Virus record (IMG/VR): IMGVR_UViG_3300020045_005401
Span: 1 to 25,097 of that record
Length of the DNA: 25,097 nucleotides
Direction: 5' to 3' (one strand)
From: a virus
Lineage: Duplodnaviria > Caudoviricetes
Shown here: positions 24,878-25,097 of the stretch, in pieces
Layout: each line of letters begins with the position of its first letter
Numbering within the stretch: the stretch's first letter is position 1
Notes under the pieces: generated by a model
What the model saw: the letters and a program-made list of their open reading frames with translations, nothing else
Told to the model about the DNA's origin: nothing
The model's database searches: none
Translations under genes and position numbers: made by a program

Positions 24878-25097
24878 TTACCTCATTTCTGGAGATGCAA
24901 AGTTCACTATTGCATGGATGAACTTTTCCCATTCGTCACTAGAAAATCTCATTACTTCTGTTAGCTGCTCATGCCCAACCCAAAGGCTGCAGCTTTGAAG
25001 CTCAATCGGCTTTCCAATGCTAGCTCCCCACCAGGCCCCTCGAATCGACGTTCCCCAGTCAAGTCGGCAGGAGAAGAATGGCATGTTGCACATCAGC
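24878..25097 (-). CDS. 3' end of a hypothetical protein (partial, lower GC)
   Basis: Frame open to the window edge; ...LDWGTSIRGAWW...; points toward the terminator at 24740-24776. Confidence 0.5.
   Translation of the reverse strand, partial: LMCNMPFFSCRLDWGTSIRGAWWGASIGKPIELQSCSLWVGHEQLTEVMRFSSDEWEKFIHAIVNFASPEMR

Noticed and set aside
1-25097. CRISPR array, diversity-generating retroelement, full tRNA gene, IS element, defence system
   Set aside because: No regularly spaced repeats, reverse transcriptase, TR/VR pair, cloverleaf, transposase or recognisable defence gene seen.

Overview
Late (morphogenesis, lysis and integration) half of a GC-rich temperate myophage with SfV-type architecture, probably from a betaproteobacterial host (inference). 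On the + strand an HK97-like head module (TerS, TerL, portal, ClpP-type protease, major capsid, head-tail joining genes) is followed by a complete Mu-like contractile tail, a very short tail fibre and a GH19 endolysin/holin cassette. A convergent large serine integrase sits beside an apparently intact attP whose arm encodes a RimO-like N-terminus. Three things stand out. (1) Inside the head operon a ~1.4-kb compositionally distinct cassette (C-terminus of a small capsid-adjacent protein plus an SGNH-hydrolase gene) is bounded by an 11-bp inverted repeat (GGGGATTAGAA 6545-6555 / TTCTAATCCCC 7969-7979) and followed directly by a lambda-Int-like tyrosine recombinase lacking the arm-binding domain. 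This is a candidate recombinase-driven switch or swap system for a virion appendage. (2) The terS gene is split: its first 22 codons, RBS and a structured upstream region lie inverted at 1-~357 (real inversion or assembly chimera). (3) The attP is unrecombined and mimics the rimO 5' end. All family calls come from motif recognition and synteny; no searches were run.
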